Source of the DNA: Tubulanus polymorphus
Taxonomy: Eukaryota > Animalia > Nemertea
Direction: 5' to 3'
Assembly: GCF_964204645.1 (NCBI RefSeq)
Contig: NC_134028.1
Span: forward strand, 12,261,263 to 12,325,262
Length of the DNA: 64,000 bases
Shown: positions 50,504 through 63,791 of the stretch, piece by piece
How positions within the stretch are numbered: the stretch's first letter is position 1
How the letters are laid out: each line of letters starts with the position of its first letter
Position numbers and translations under genes: made by a program
Notes under the pieces: model-generated
Database searches by the model: none
What the model saw: the letters and a program-made list of their open reading frames with translations, nothing else
Told to the model about the DNA's origin: nothing

Positions 50504-50571
50504 CGGTTTTTTTCTTGCAGCAAAAGTAGATAAGTATCGTATTCTACATCCTTTTTGTTAATGCTCGTCAT
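50504..50571 (-). CDS. KATNIP: KATNIP/KIAA0556-like gene, first supported coding exon (MTSINKKDVEYDTYLLLLQEKN-R)
   Basis: Minus strand reads ttttttcAG|ATG...AAC CG|GTagg (68 nt, ends phase 2). YDTYLLLLQEKNR resembles the KATNIP N-terminal DEYLxLLQQRNR motif as I recall it. CG joins the T opening the next exon to make Arg. Confidence 0.8.
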
Positions 50572-50880
50572 CTGAAAAAATCAATGTCAAATTCATCAGG
50601 TCTTATGCAACACCCCAGTGGGCACACAACCAATTTTCGACGTCAATCATGCGTTGAAGTCGCTTTACCAGTTGATTTCAGCTATTATTCAGATTATATC
50701 AATGTGGGCTTAAAGCAACGTTCTGAATCATTATTGACAATATTGTTTTCTTCATTTTGAAAACCCATTTGCTCAAATGGTCCTTCAATATCAATACCAA
50801 TCACCATGATACTCCCCGGAAAATACTTTAGATTGCCAGGCAGACACCAATGTGACCCCCTCCTCTTTATCAACAAAGTA

Positions 50881-52303
50881 CCGTAAAAACCGACATATAA
50901 GTCTACACGGCCCTATAAGTCGAGGTCGATTTTTAGGCCTACATTTCATGATTTCAACATATATCTGGCTTATAAGTCGAGTCTCTTCTCTTAGAAGAAT
51001 AATTAATTACTTGTATCATTATATTGAATAGTTTGTTTTGATAACGATGTGCACATTCACGCGTGCCGCACATCAGCTTGATTGCTGCTGCGTGTTAATC
51101 AATGGACTGGTACATACACACTCAGGTATACACTACCATACAGTGATACAGTTGTGCGAGTCATATGCTTTATATAGCCTAATATATCAAGCGCTGCTTA
51201 TAGTTGATTTTGACACTTTTCTTTTCATGAGCCGTTCACTTGCTACTTCCTTAGCACGGAGAAGCCTCTTTTCTCGTTGAAGTTTTTGCCTTTTCTTTTT
51301 TACAAGAAATACAAACTTAGGGTCTGTGATAATAGAGATACTGCAGAGTTCCCCAGCAACATCATCTGTGTCATCTTTGTTGTCTAAATCAATTTCTTGT
51401 TCCTCATCACTTGCCTCAATGGATAAAAAATCTAATATCACATCAGCATCTACTTCTTCAGCACCACTATCAGGTTCTGTGCCAGCGCAGTGATCATAAA
51501 GACCCATCTGTGCTAATAATGCTTGATCTTTACAATAAGTAAGGTCATCAAATGCCTTGTGAATGATTTGCAACCATGAAAGTGCTTTTTCGATATCTGC
51601 TTTAAGCTTTGAACAGTTAGAACCAAATGTTGATTTACACTGTTTACCAGATAAATGTTGAGAGGCAGCATACATAATGAGGCGTCTGTCTTTTTCTGAT
51701 GATGACAGAGACTGAAATAATTTCAACTTTTCATTTGAAATGGAACTGAATCATTCAGGTGACTGAGTAAAAAGGCCAATCTTAATACCCAAATAAAAAA
51801 TGCTGTTGTAATCTATATCCTCAAGTTTCTGTGTGTTTTCCCTTAGCTACATTAGATTTCAAAGATCTACCCATCAAAAGAGATACTACTGGCATCTGGA
51901 AAACTTTTCGCAGCATATTTTGTTTGTGGATTAATGTTGATTCTTTAATTTTTTTCAACCTTGTCGATTCGTTTCGTTAGTTTGTGTTGTTGTCCTGGCC
52001 TCAGGTGCCAGCACCATCCACAAGTTTTCAAAATGGCCGCTGTTGAAAAATGACCTTCCCATTCCTGACTGTGCTTTGTGAAAATATCCGATCGCGAAAC
52101 TTAACCAGTCAGGTTGCTGACTATGAGATGGGCACTTCTTTTTTGTTTCGTCGTAGAACTTGTAATTAAAACTTCATAAATCAATATTTTCTTGTAACCT
52201 GAAAATACTAAATCGAAAACCGTACTCGGCGTATTCGTCGAGGTCAATAATTTGATGGTAAAATCAAGGATTAAAAACTCGACTTAAACGCCGGTTTTTA
52301 CGG
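50881..52303. mobile_element. Tc1/pogo-like TIR element carrying foreign coding DNA
   Basis: TA|CCGTAAAAACCG..TAAGTC ... GACTTAAACGCCGGTTTTTACGG|TA; internal minus-strand ORF 51187..51726. Confidence 0.75.
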
Positions 52304-52861
52304 TAACCATCTGAGACTATTGGAAAATGACATTTGAAATGCTAAAGTTGCATTAAAAATGTATTAGTTAATTGCGGGCCTGAAACACCATCGACTAAAA
52401 TTGATCGATCAACGTAACAATGTCACAGCCATTTTGGTTCATAATTCGACTCAAGGAAGAGGGTATCCGTTGTTGCCACGGTTAACTTCTCGAGAAGTTT
52501 CAGGTTTTACAAGTTGTTTTGAATAAAGATATATCGCCCATCGGCAAAGTGGTTTACCTTAAAAACTGGAGCTTGTTTGGCAAAGGCATTGCCTGTGAGA
52601 ACCCTTTTCAATTCTTGAGTTTTATTAAAAGTTCTATTTTATATTGTATTTCATCTTTTTCAAAGAATTATTTTGTAGTCAAGTAAGGCCAAAAATATAC
52701 ATTTCTTTACGGTCCATGTCCAAAATTTGGTAGAGTACAGGTAGGTAGGGAAATTATTCCATATTTAAAAAAAATATTTCTTACAATATGAGAGGCCCAT
52801 GGTCCTTGAAGCTTCGGTTTTGATGTTATGGATAGATATACGCATAACCAGGTGACATTTG

Positions 52862-53336
52862 CAGGGCGGATCCAGGATTCTAGGAAAGAGCCCATCTCAA
52901 TAATCTCCTTACCTGCCGAAGCGCGCCCGGCTTTGTTAGGAACAAAATGGAGGGAGAGCGCAAGAGGGAGATGTACAGGCGAAAATATTCGAAATTTCTG
53001 AGACAATCCAAAATTCAAATAATGTGTCTGAATTTAAACTGACCGTTTTGTCTTTTAAATCTTTGATATTAGTAATAAACTCTTTAAGTATGAGAGCTCT
53101 GCCTGTGTTTTATGGTCAATACCAGCTGGGTATAACAAGGGTTTAAACAGGTGAATAACCCGCTATCAGGAGGTACCGCGTTGGCCTTATTACCAATGTG
53201 ATTGCTGGTCTGGCCTATATATACAATACCGATGCTTTTGTGGTAAGGTAAGATAACGTATGTTAAATGATAATTGCGATAAGAAGTTTGCGAAAAGGGG
53301 GGGCACAAGCCCCCATCCCCCAAGGATCCGCCACTA
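52862..53336. mobile_element. hAT-like MITE (GGCGGATCC termini)
   Basis: CAGGGCGGATCC ... GGATCCGCCACT; no clear TSD. Confidence 0.5.
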
Positions 53337-53404
53337 ATAGGCAAAGGAAACAGTATTTTTATCGGTATAGAAATGGAGTGTCTTAAAAAAGACCAACTTT
53401 TTAC

Positions 53405-53460
53405 CATCATGTGTTTGTCTTTCCTTGTAGAAGGACACAAGAGTAAGACTATATTCTAAC
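53405..53460 (-). other. Possible upstream (5'UTR or start) exon of the KATNIP-like gene
   Basis: ctAG|GTTAG...CACATGATG|GTaaaa; would join exon 50571 in phase 0. Splice signals only, no homology support. Confidence 0.25.
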
Positions 53461-54562
53461 CTAGACAGCAAACAAAACAATACAGTCTCTGTTGACTGTA
53501 AAAACGACGTTTTCACTGTATTACCGGCAGATATTATTTCTAATTATTAGATACTCATTTTAAACGTTTATTAGTTACTGTTGGATTATCGTTTGATTTT
53601 GATTCTGTTATGTAAACATGTTAGATTAGGAATTCTAAACATGATCACTCCCGCATGGAATCATGAGCTACATGTACTTTCTACTTTTATGGTTGAAGAA
53701 AACATGACAAGAAGTCCATGGATCGAAAGACTTCTGTTTGGGAAAAGGAACGCAAGTCCCACCTTGCCTTGCAGGATGGGTCAATGTAGCTAACCGTATC
53801 AATTACAATCTTAAATGATAATACCAAATTGTTGTACCAACTGCTCAGTCATTACTGGATGAATTGCCCTGAAAATATGCTTGGTGGTAGATCTCGACGT
53901 CTTTTTTCGCTTGGGCATAGTTTCAAATGAAAATGTATGCTGGAATTTTATGTGGAGGGCCATTTACCATATTTTTTGTAGTTTCTACTATTCACGGAGG
54001 GTGCATGGGTCTGCTGGCATAGCCATTAAAGGCTAAACTGAGACTTTCTTTTTTATTTCAAAACATAATGTATTCTATTGATCTATAGACTCATCTTCAA
54101 CCGTCCTGTTAAAAAATGTTCAGTTTACACGCAATTTGTGATTTTGTTACATGATTTTTGACCTCATTTCCTTGTTTACATCGCTTACTGTTCAGCTTCG
54201 GCTAAATCAGCAGGTGCGCACTGCAACATCATTAAAGGCACAGCTGAGAAATAGTGTTTATAGAAATGCATTGAATTTTGAGGAAACTGCATGTATTTCT
54301 GCTGTTACATCTCAATGCCAGATTGTTTTACAGCTTTGAAACTGGCCAGGGAGGTAGAAGGATCTATTGTCGATTGCAAAAACCTATTTCAAAGAATCAA
54401 GGAGTAATTTGAATAGGCTAAATCGATCAAATTGAAGAAGTAGATTTCAATCCGCTGCTATGAAGCTATTAGAGTACACTATGCCAAGCTCTCACCACTG
54501 TTACTGCTGTTCCATGGTTCACCTATAGTTCAGCACCACAAGCATACTATAAAGTATCTTAA

Positions 54563-55120
54563 GGCTGGCTTATGTCGACAAGCAACTGGGTTTATCGCCA
54601 GTTGCTGCTCTATCATTTCAACATAAGTCGGCTTGCGACGGTAACTTGTCGCAAGCTGTATCTGGCTAGTTGCCCATGTTCTACTCTGGCCTACGGTAGG
54701 CGGACAGTTGCTTTCGATCGCAACGGACACAAGCTCATCTGCGACGCGACCGAACTGAGCGCAGCGATTCCAGCCAATGAGAGACCGCATATTCATAGTA
54801 CAAATTATAACCGCTAGTTAGCGTCATTAGCAATTAGTCATTAACTTTCAAAATTCAAGCAGTTCCATACGTAAACCAAACCTTCAGCACGGCAGATGAG
54901 TGGACAGAAGATCTAGACACGACATCTGTAGAATAATGGTGTGAGCGGCCATTTTTATATGATGTCGCTAGCACATTGTATTCAAAAGAGAATCAGAAAG
55001 AATAAGATCTTAAAGAAATAGCATTTCTACTGGAATTATATTTCCCCATAATTAAAAATAATTCAAATCTATTGTCAAAATGCTTATCACGTGATCATCG
55101 GCGGTCGACATAAGCCAGCC
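54563..55120. mobile_element. PIF/Harbinger-like MITE
   Basis: Perfect 17-bp TIR GGCTGGCTTATGTCGAC / GTCGACATAAGCCAGCC; left flank TAA, right flank degenerate. Confidence 0.75.
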
Positions 55121-55753
55121 AACATAAGCACTCACAGATTTCGATCTCACTAAAGAATAAATAAATTCATATTCGTTTACTATTTACTAGTTTCATAGTC
55201 ATTTAAGACTAAGTAGTTTGAAAACTAACTCTTGAAAACTCTACAAAAACTTTCAATAAATTTCTACAGCCTTTACAACCAAGGAATAATGTTTTTCGAT
55301 TCAAGTTTCATGCTGCAGAAGAGTTTTGATAAATTACATCACAAATCTTTCACAAACATTATTTTTAAGTTTTAGAATAGGATGGATGAGGAAATATTCT
55401 ATAGTGACCTACCAATACGAGCTACCAATACGAGGTGTATTTCAAAGCAAAGAATTGAAATTTTTCCTGCGGCAAATTCTGTCTAAGATTCATCAGTTCA
55501 TAAGTCAAAATGTCCTCGTTATTAGATCTAACCATGATCTTACTTACTATCACTAAATGATAATCCAAAACGATGATTTATACATCCGTGTTCCTACCAC
55601 GTGTTCAGCAGAAGCAATTTTTTCACTGAACAGGTGCGCGAACATCTAAATCATCAATTCTGACTACATTCATAAGATTTTTCCAATTATAAAATCGCAT
55701 AGCCTTATTTTATAATTTTATCTATCGTTTAGTTTAAAAAGTAGAAAATCTTT

Positions 55754-56738
55754 AAATAAATTGCCCATGGGCAAAGTGTGGTTTACCTTGAAAGCTAGAG
55801 GTTGTTTAGAGTAAAGGCATTGCTTGAAAAATCTTATTAATTTGTGACTTCAAAGTTCTAGAAGTTTATATTGTATTTTATCCTTATTACAGTATTATTT
55901 TGTAGTCAAATAAGACCAAAGATAAACTTGTTTATGGTCTACGTCCAAAATTTCGTAGGGTACAGGCAGGTGCGGCTGGGAAACTATTTTATATTTTCAA
56001 AAATATATTTTTCACAATATGAAAAAATATTCAAATAAAATTCATATGATGTCACATATCAGAGGGTGGCTGAATATTGAGTCTTGGGAATGAAACCTCT
56101 TCCAATGTATGGCCGCGGAAGCTAATACACCGGGGCGTAGTATTAGATCGTTTTAAATCCTGGAATTTACCACTACAATATTCAGGCCTCGACCTATACC
56201 TATAGTTTGCTGCTTAGTATTTTCAGGTCACAAGAAATTACAATTTATTACAAATTCTATCAAACAGAAAACACAGCGCTCATTTTCTGCTTCGACGATT
56301 ATTCAGCCTGTTATCCTACCAAACGTGCACGCGCAAAGCAGCGTTACAGCATCACCATATAGTAGTCTGTATGAGCGTGTGTTTGTGAGTGCAACAGTCT
56401 AATGTTTAGCACTCTTGCGCTAGTGGAGGCCTTGTGTAGTGGGTATTAAAATCAAACAATACCTATGGCGATATGTGAAATAATTATATTCTCACCAGCA
56501 ATGAGCATTTAAAATTCGCACATATACGGCACCAGTCCAATGAAACGTTCGCCATTAATGGCTTTCCCATAATTATTCTAGTAGCGCCGGAATTCCCCGT
56601 ATATCCCAAAAACAGCCAATCACATTCGCTCGTAGAGACGACGCCCCCCGATCGAGGTCATTGCAATTTTATACGCAAAAGCTAAGAATTTTCCCGCTTA
56701 ACGCCAACCTCATACTGCTGACAAAGGTAAACCAAAAA
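55754..56738 (-). mobile_element. HINE family A copy with both termini (internal deletions)
   Basis: TTGCCCATGGGCAA palindrome and GGTTTACCTTG at left; CAAAGGTAAACCAAAAA at right. Confidence 0.85.
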
Positions 56739-58909
56739 GTGTCAGTTACCCTTTTACTTGAGTTGTCAGTTGATACAGTACAAGTTACTGCTGCCTCTAT
56801 GACCCAAGATCACGAAACAGTTTTTCAAATGTTACATATGATACTATCATAGTAAATAAAAAAGCAATAAACCCACTTACTGTTACTAACGAGGTACTGC
56901 TGCTGGTTCAAAGCAATAAAATCACTGAAGTCAGCAGAGTGATTGTATTGGGCTGAGGCCCAAGTGCGTGTGACTGAACATTTTTGTTTTTTACCCGTTA
57001 CATGCTGCACCCACAGGTTTAGATCTTCAGTACCACATAAAATTCATACATTAAGAAATGACCATATCGGTACTTTACATATTTGTTTGCGATCTATAGT
57101 TCTGTTACGGGCCTCCATGGGTTCCACGAAATTCTTAGTATGTGATTAAGGGACTGAGTATCCTCGGGGACAGGTCAAGTCGGTCCCAAGATCCCATATG
57201 GTCTCAACGGGCACCGGTATTCACACCGCATCATGGGCCACTTTAAAACACTCCTATTCAATTCGCATGCAATGAATAAAACACGAAGTTCTACTCATCC
57301 ATGTTTTTCACAGGCTTTCCACTAGTTATAACAAATATACATGTCACGATTTGTGCTGAAGTGTAATTTAGAATTCAATACTGTCTTAATTTCCAAATGC
57401 TTAAGCTTGTTTTCTGGGCTTATTTTCACAAAGATCTGCATGAGTTGAAATTTTCCACTCATTATTCCCTTGAAGGTTTATGTTTGATGCTAGCTCTATC
57501 CAACCATTCCAGTTTCAAACTGCACATCATTCCGACACATTCTTAGTACAGTAGAATTCGCTGACCTTGCATCTCGTGGGACCAAAAATATCTTTCTGAT
57601 GTAGCCGAATTTTGAGGTAGGACCGGACATGGAAGTGTGACAAATTTATTCAATGATATAATAATTCCTCCATCACTCAATGTCTGTGTCTTCTTCCAAT
57701 ACTGCATGTATACTCCGATTTTACAATGCACATTTTAGCCAGTGACCAATGAAAATGTATCCGTTTTTTGTCTTTGTATTCTTGGGGAATTTAAAGGGCA
57801 AATGCTGTCAAAATTGAACTTTCTGTGATTTCTTAACCGGAAGAAACATTAGTATATATATAACTAGCTAGCTAGAATTAGCCGTAATTTGTCATTTATT
57901 TATCCTTCACTCCGTGCGTATAGTTCAGATACAACCTGCGGTGGCGCTATTTTTGATGTTATCTATGACAATCAACACAAGCACGTGTAATAATTGAACC
58001 GATAACAACTTAAATGAAAATCTATGATAAAGTTTATTTCGTTGAAAGTAATAATTGCCCATGAGCCCAGAGATATAATTGCTCATGAGCCCAGAGATTT
58101 AGCACAGCCTTATGAAATGCAGAGATTAGATGATTCGACGAAGTTGAAAATATGTCAGTAAACGATATAGGGATGCAATTTTAAATGTACAAATAGATTC
58201 AATCCCGGTTAAAGGATTGATCGGTAGCAACTACATCGGCGAATCAAGGAACCAATGACAGAGCTGCGATACCGCATCAATAATCTAAGACCTATTCACC
58301 ACAACATCGCGTTTAAAGACAGGCTGCCTTTAGGTCCAATGGCAGCCGCAGCCGAAGAAATCAGACCAGTCTATCGACGCGACTCCGTAGCAGTTGCTAC
58401 GCAATATGTCTCCAGTAATGCAGCTATCAATGAAATGGATTAACCCCCCAGCTCATCCACTCAATGATCTTTCAACCAATTCGCTGTCCATTCGACGTCA
58501 AGTCCTGCAGCATGAAAATATGCGAAAATCCATTTTCTTACGAACACACTGCCACAGGAAAGGAATTTTCATCTTCTTTCGAGGGACAGTGGTTTCGTAT
58601 AACTGAAACTCGTAACATAGTCGAATTCCAGACCGAAGAATTACTTGTAAAACATCGTATGCGAACACAAAATTATGGTACGTGCATCACAAATGACCGA
58701 AATCCAGACGTTCAGGTAGGGCCATGTTTTAGTGGCTATGCCGCACCCGTGTTTTAGATGATACTCAATGTTTGTATAAATGAATTACACAAACATTGAA
58801 TACCGGTATTCAATATGGCGGACTCGGAATTTACCGGTTTAAAGAAACGTGAAAATCAATGTAGCAAACCGAAATGTTATTTTCACTTTATCCAATTGAA
58901 GGTATTACC

Positions 58910-58985
58910 GGATAACACCGGTACCCATTTAGGCAGAGATGTAATGTGGATAACACCGGTACCCATTTAGGCAGAGATGTAATGT
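58910..58985. repeat. Perfect 38-bp tandem duplication
   Basis: ggataacaccggtacccatttaggcagagatgtaatgt occurs twice in tandem. Confidence 0.9.
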
Positions 58986-59093
58986 AATCATTGCATATCA
59001 TTGACAGCTGCATATCATCATATCATTATTTACCATCAAAGAAGGCCATAGGCCTATGTACAGGCAGCCTCATTACATAAATGAATAAATGCA

Positions 59094-62000
59094 CAGTGTT
59101 CTCCACGGGCTGTTTTAGCAGGGCGGACCGCCCTGCTGAAATTATATGCCGCCATGCTAAAAACTCAGCGCCCTGCCTAATGTTTTTACCGACCTGCTTA
59201 AATTTTTTTCGTTGTCATATGCGTAATTTACGGGAAGCTAAATCACGATGTGTCTAAGTTGTGAAATCGGATGGTTGTGGAATGTTCTAGTTGGAACGTA
59301 GCCAACGTTTAAGATAAAGGCGGTCTCTAGAATGATTGGCAGCTCAATGTTTGGAACGCCTACTATCAGTATCTACGAGAGCGCGCGCGCCGCATATGGC
59401 ACGTGCCACTCACTGATCGATAAAGTTTGTTGTAGCATCTGTGGATCATCAATAAATGAATGTACAAATGAAGTTTATATATAAAGAGTTTTTTAGAAAT
59501 AAATTTCGGTTCTGGTTTCGTTTTCGTTTGGATTAATGAAACCCACTTTTTGGTTTGTTGTTTATTTTATAGTCGCAACTACTATCTTTATGGGAGGCAA
59601 ACTGAGATCACGTATGGCGTATCTGTTAACCAGATGTGCAACGTGGGGAAAAGTTTACTGAAAGAATTCTCTGACCCGCAACAATCACAGAATAACCATA
59701 GTAACGAAATAAAGTGTAGTTAATATTTATAACCGAAGTCTAGTTGTTTATCTGTTTAGTTGTACAGTCGCAGTGACACGGAATATATCTCGACCGTTTT
59801 TCGTGCAATTTCGTGTTCACTGACAAGATGAGCAATTTATTTTCATTCGGTATTGTAAAAAAACGAAAATTGGTTGACACGGTCAGTCAAAATGAGGTCC
59901 CTATAGAAGCCTCAACATCCGTTGTAACATCTGAGCTAAAAACACATCATCGAAGCACAGATCAAAGGGTTTTGATCAAAATTGGTTGAAACGTTACACG
60001 TGGCTTCGGTACGACGACGTAGGTGAGTGTAATCAACTTTTACTTCATTCATTTTTTTCACCTGAACATTTTGTTTATATATATGAAGAATTCCACAGAG
60101 TCCATCACACCCCATCTTATCTCCCCAAGGCCATAGTTCATAGTTGTTAAACCGGAACACAGCATGGGTACCGTAGCACATATTTAATAGGCCTGATTCT
60201 TGATATATAATAATATAAAATTTCGATTAAAGTATCAAATTGAAGATCAAAACAGGTTTTTGCAACAAGATCACAAGTTATTGCAAATTTCCGTACAGTA
60301 TGGTTTTGCATACAAAATAATTTTCATACATTTGATTCAGATGACGGAATGTTTTGTAAATTATGTACGAGACATGGACAGCACTCAAAAAAGGAAAGCG
60401 TTTTTGGACCGCTATAACATGTACTTCAATTCGGGAAGACAAAATCAAAGAACATGAGAAAACAGATTGCCATTCAGTGTCCGTAACTCTACAGCGCCAG
60501 AGAGAAGAATCGAAGAAGAAAGGGGGGTTAGAGGCGGCATTTTCAAGCATGGCGACAGTTCAGGAAACTGCATTCATTGCAGCATTGCGATGCATGTACT
60601 GGCTGATTCGTCATGACATCGCACATACAACTACTTACAAGTCCCTACTAACCCTTGTAAAAGATCTAGGCTGCACATACCTTGATGTGCTTGATGTGGA
60701 AACGAATGCTAGTTATACTTCTGAAAGGACAATGCAGGAAATAGTTTTCTGCTTAGGTAAAATCATCAATCATTCATCGCGTTTTAAATACATTTCAAGC
60801 ATTTATGTACCCAAATTATTTTTTTTCAGGTCAGGCAATACGGAATGATAGACTGGAAGCAATACGAAATTCTCCAGTTTATGCTGTATTGATTGATGAA
60901 TCGTCAGACATAACAACAACGGAACAAATGCTTATTTACATCAAGTATTTGGATGACAAAGGAGATCCAAATGTCACCTTTGTCGGCGCTGAAGAGGTAA
61001 GTCGTCAAAACAATAATGCATATAGTATTAATCCTCTGTTATCCAACTCAAAGCCATATCGATTAACATAGAAAATGTACCAATTTAATTAAGAAAAATA
61101 ATTTATTTATAGATGCAGTCCGTGACAGCAGAGGCTATCTTCGGCAAACTTCAGAATTTTCTAGAGGAAAGTGACCTCGATCTTCGAAAAGTCGCAGGAT
61201 TTGGCAGCGACGGTGCAAGTGTTATGGTTGGCAGTCGTAATGGTGTTGCCACATTGATGAAACGCGTAAGTACCGTCACTTCAGCAAGACGGTATAATAC
61301 GCATTTTACAATGTTTACAACTAATTTGGTTTTCCAGGCTTCCCCCATGGTTGTAAGCTGCCATTGTGTAGCACATCGACTGGCCCTAGCAATGGGAGAT
61401 GCAGGGAAAAAAGTGCCATATATCAAGACATTCAATGACACTCTGCGAATGATATTACTTCTACGAAAATTCAGCAATTAGAATGGCAGGACTCAAGAAA
61501 ATACAAGTAAATAAGTTTATGTTTCATTATTCTGATCATAATGACTATATATCAATAACTGTTTGAATAAACAATATAATGTAGAGCTTAAATTTCAGAT
61601 TTTTTTACGTTGGGTTTCAGGAAAATATCAACGATCCTGTTCTTAAACCAAAGCGTGCACTAACAACTAGATGGCTTTCACATGAAAATGCGTGTGACAC
61701 ACTGCGCTGTATAATCGCCAGCGTAATAATTAGTCTTGAGAGGGAAGCAAGTGAGAGAAACAATGTAAAAGCCATTGGTTTATTGAAGCTTGTGTCTACA
61801 TGGCGATTCGTTACCACGTTGCATGTGATGTGCGATATCCTGCCTCAGTTAGCAATTCTCTCAAAACGGTTCCAGGTATCAAAGAATAATCAATAATCAA
61901 TAAATTCTTCATATGATAAATGACTTTAATTATGTTCTTATTTTTGGAATTCAGAGTAAAAACCTTGACTTTAGTGAAATAGAAAGCTTCGTCGAAAGCA

Positions 62001-63791
62001 CCGTAGAATATCTGAAAGTGCGATTAGTCGTTCCCGGAAAGTTTTTCAAAGAATCAGATGTTATTATAAATTCTATGCAGAATAGTGCTGATATCTCATT
62101 AAACATGAACAACTCAGACAAAGACAGCTACAAACGAAATGTAAGTTATTTATTTTAGCCAATGAATTAACAAAGCGAAGTGTAATATAACAAATCCATT
62201 TTTATTTTAGGTCCACGATTCTTTCATCGAGGCTCTCATACAAAATATCAACGAGCGGTTTCCTAACACCGGTGTGATGCAGGCATTTTCAGTTTTTCAA
62301 GTTGATGAAACCTTCCCGAAAACGCTAGCCGATGCTGAAATAAATGAACATGGAGTTGACAAAATAGATGTTAGTGAATTAGCATTTTGAGCTACTGCTC
62401 ATTTTATAATTATGTTTCATAATCACATTTTGTTCTCATTGCAGATCTTAATTGATCATTATTCTGAAGGTTTGGGTTTGTCCAGGGACCAGACATTAGC
62501 CGAATGGTCGTCATGTCGCACTTTCATGATTAGGGAACCCAACAGATACTGTTCAACTGCTGCAACCCTTAAGAATTTTAGTAAATCGAATGCTTATCCT
62601 AACCTCGCCAAACTAGCGGGCGCAGGCTTAGTGATTCCTGTTTCAACTGCCAGTAAATATTTTTTGATTAGACCTCGGAATGAATAAATTAACATGTGAA
62701 TTTTAAATTATTTTCGTCTCCTTTTAGACTGTGAGCGCGGGTTCAGCAAATTAAACGAATTAAGACAAGATTAAGGAATAGACTGTCCCAAAAAACATTA
62801 AACGCTTTAATGATGGCATCTATTGAGGGACCAGATGTTGGGGAATTCCCATATGTTTAGGCAGCAAAACTTTGGAATCAAATCAGAAATCGGAAAATTC
62901 AATTAGATTTTGATAAAATACTTACTACATGTACTTCAGTAGATTCAGAATCCACCAGTGAAGATGAAGCTTAAATGACTGTGAAATAATTGAAAGATAT
63001 GTTTGCTCGTTTGACTTAATAAAATCTATGTGACACAAGTTAGACTGGTACCAGTCTCCATCTTGACAGGCAACCAGTCTAGTGACACGGTGTAACCTTT
63101 TCAATAAACGTAAGTTTTTGTTGACTGCTAACCATTGATATTGTGTCATTTATATCTAGTAGGATTTTCTTTGATCTGAGATTTATCAGTAAAGGTAACA
63201 CATCAAAAAAGTGATATGTAGCGATATAGTCAGCCTCAGCGTGAGTGTGATAATGTATTCATATCCCTGGCCAAAAGCCAAGTACCTGGTTTCCTGGAAA
63301 ACTAAAACTAGGCCACGTGTTGAGGCATGTTCTTCACACTACACGCCGCGCTGCCTCGGTGCTGTTGCTTGAAAAGTATGTCCTATTTGATTTCATCAAA
63401 ATAGTTTTTACACTTAGAAATTGTCGCGCTTTTCTTTCTAAAAAATTGCATGTAAGTTTTTGTTCATGCATTCATTCTCTCCGGTGCGTAGGTCGTCGTC
63501 AGTTTCTCTAAAAATAGACAACATCATAGTAACTGAGCCACTCGCCCAGTCTTTCGTCGGTAGATTTATTGTGATATTTTTGGCGTCCAGCATTAAAATC
63601 ATCTGTGACTTTTCACGAAATTCCAGTGTGGTTTTCTGTCTCAGACACTATGAGGGGGCGTTAAATTAAAAAATTTTCTTGGGGGAGGACCCACAAACCC
63701 CCCGCATTGGCTTCGCACCTTCGGTGCTCGCCAGAGAGGATAATATTGAATACTCCCGCCCTGCTATAAATTTTTCCTGTGGAGAACACTG
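59094..63791 (+). mobile_element. Full-length hAT DNA transposon with 5-bp TSD (hAT5-like)
   Basis: ATGCA|CAGTGTTCTCCACGGG ... CCTGTGGAGAACACTG|ATGCA; 15/16 TIR match; encloses a spliced transposase. Confidence 0.92.
59828..62974 (+). pseudogene. Ten-exon hAT transposase (ZNF862-like), frameshifted
   Basis: Exons 59828-60022, 60341-60756, 60830-60996, 61113-61265, 61338-61506, 61621-61875, 61955-62140, 62211-62369, 62445-62652 and 62728-62974, all GT-AG. Motifs WLRY..MFCKLC, IDESSD, GSDGASVM, HCVAHRLAL, TRWLS and STANCERGFS. Several frameshifts and an internal stop. Confidence 0.88.

Noticed and set aside
59828-62974. Domesticated host gene ZNF862
   Set aside because: Enclosed by TIRs and a TSD and carries frameshifts and a stop, so it is a transposon copy.
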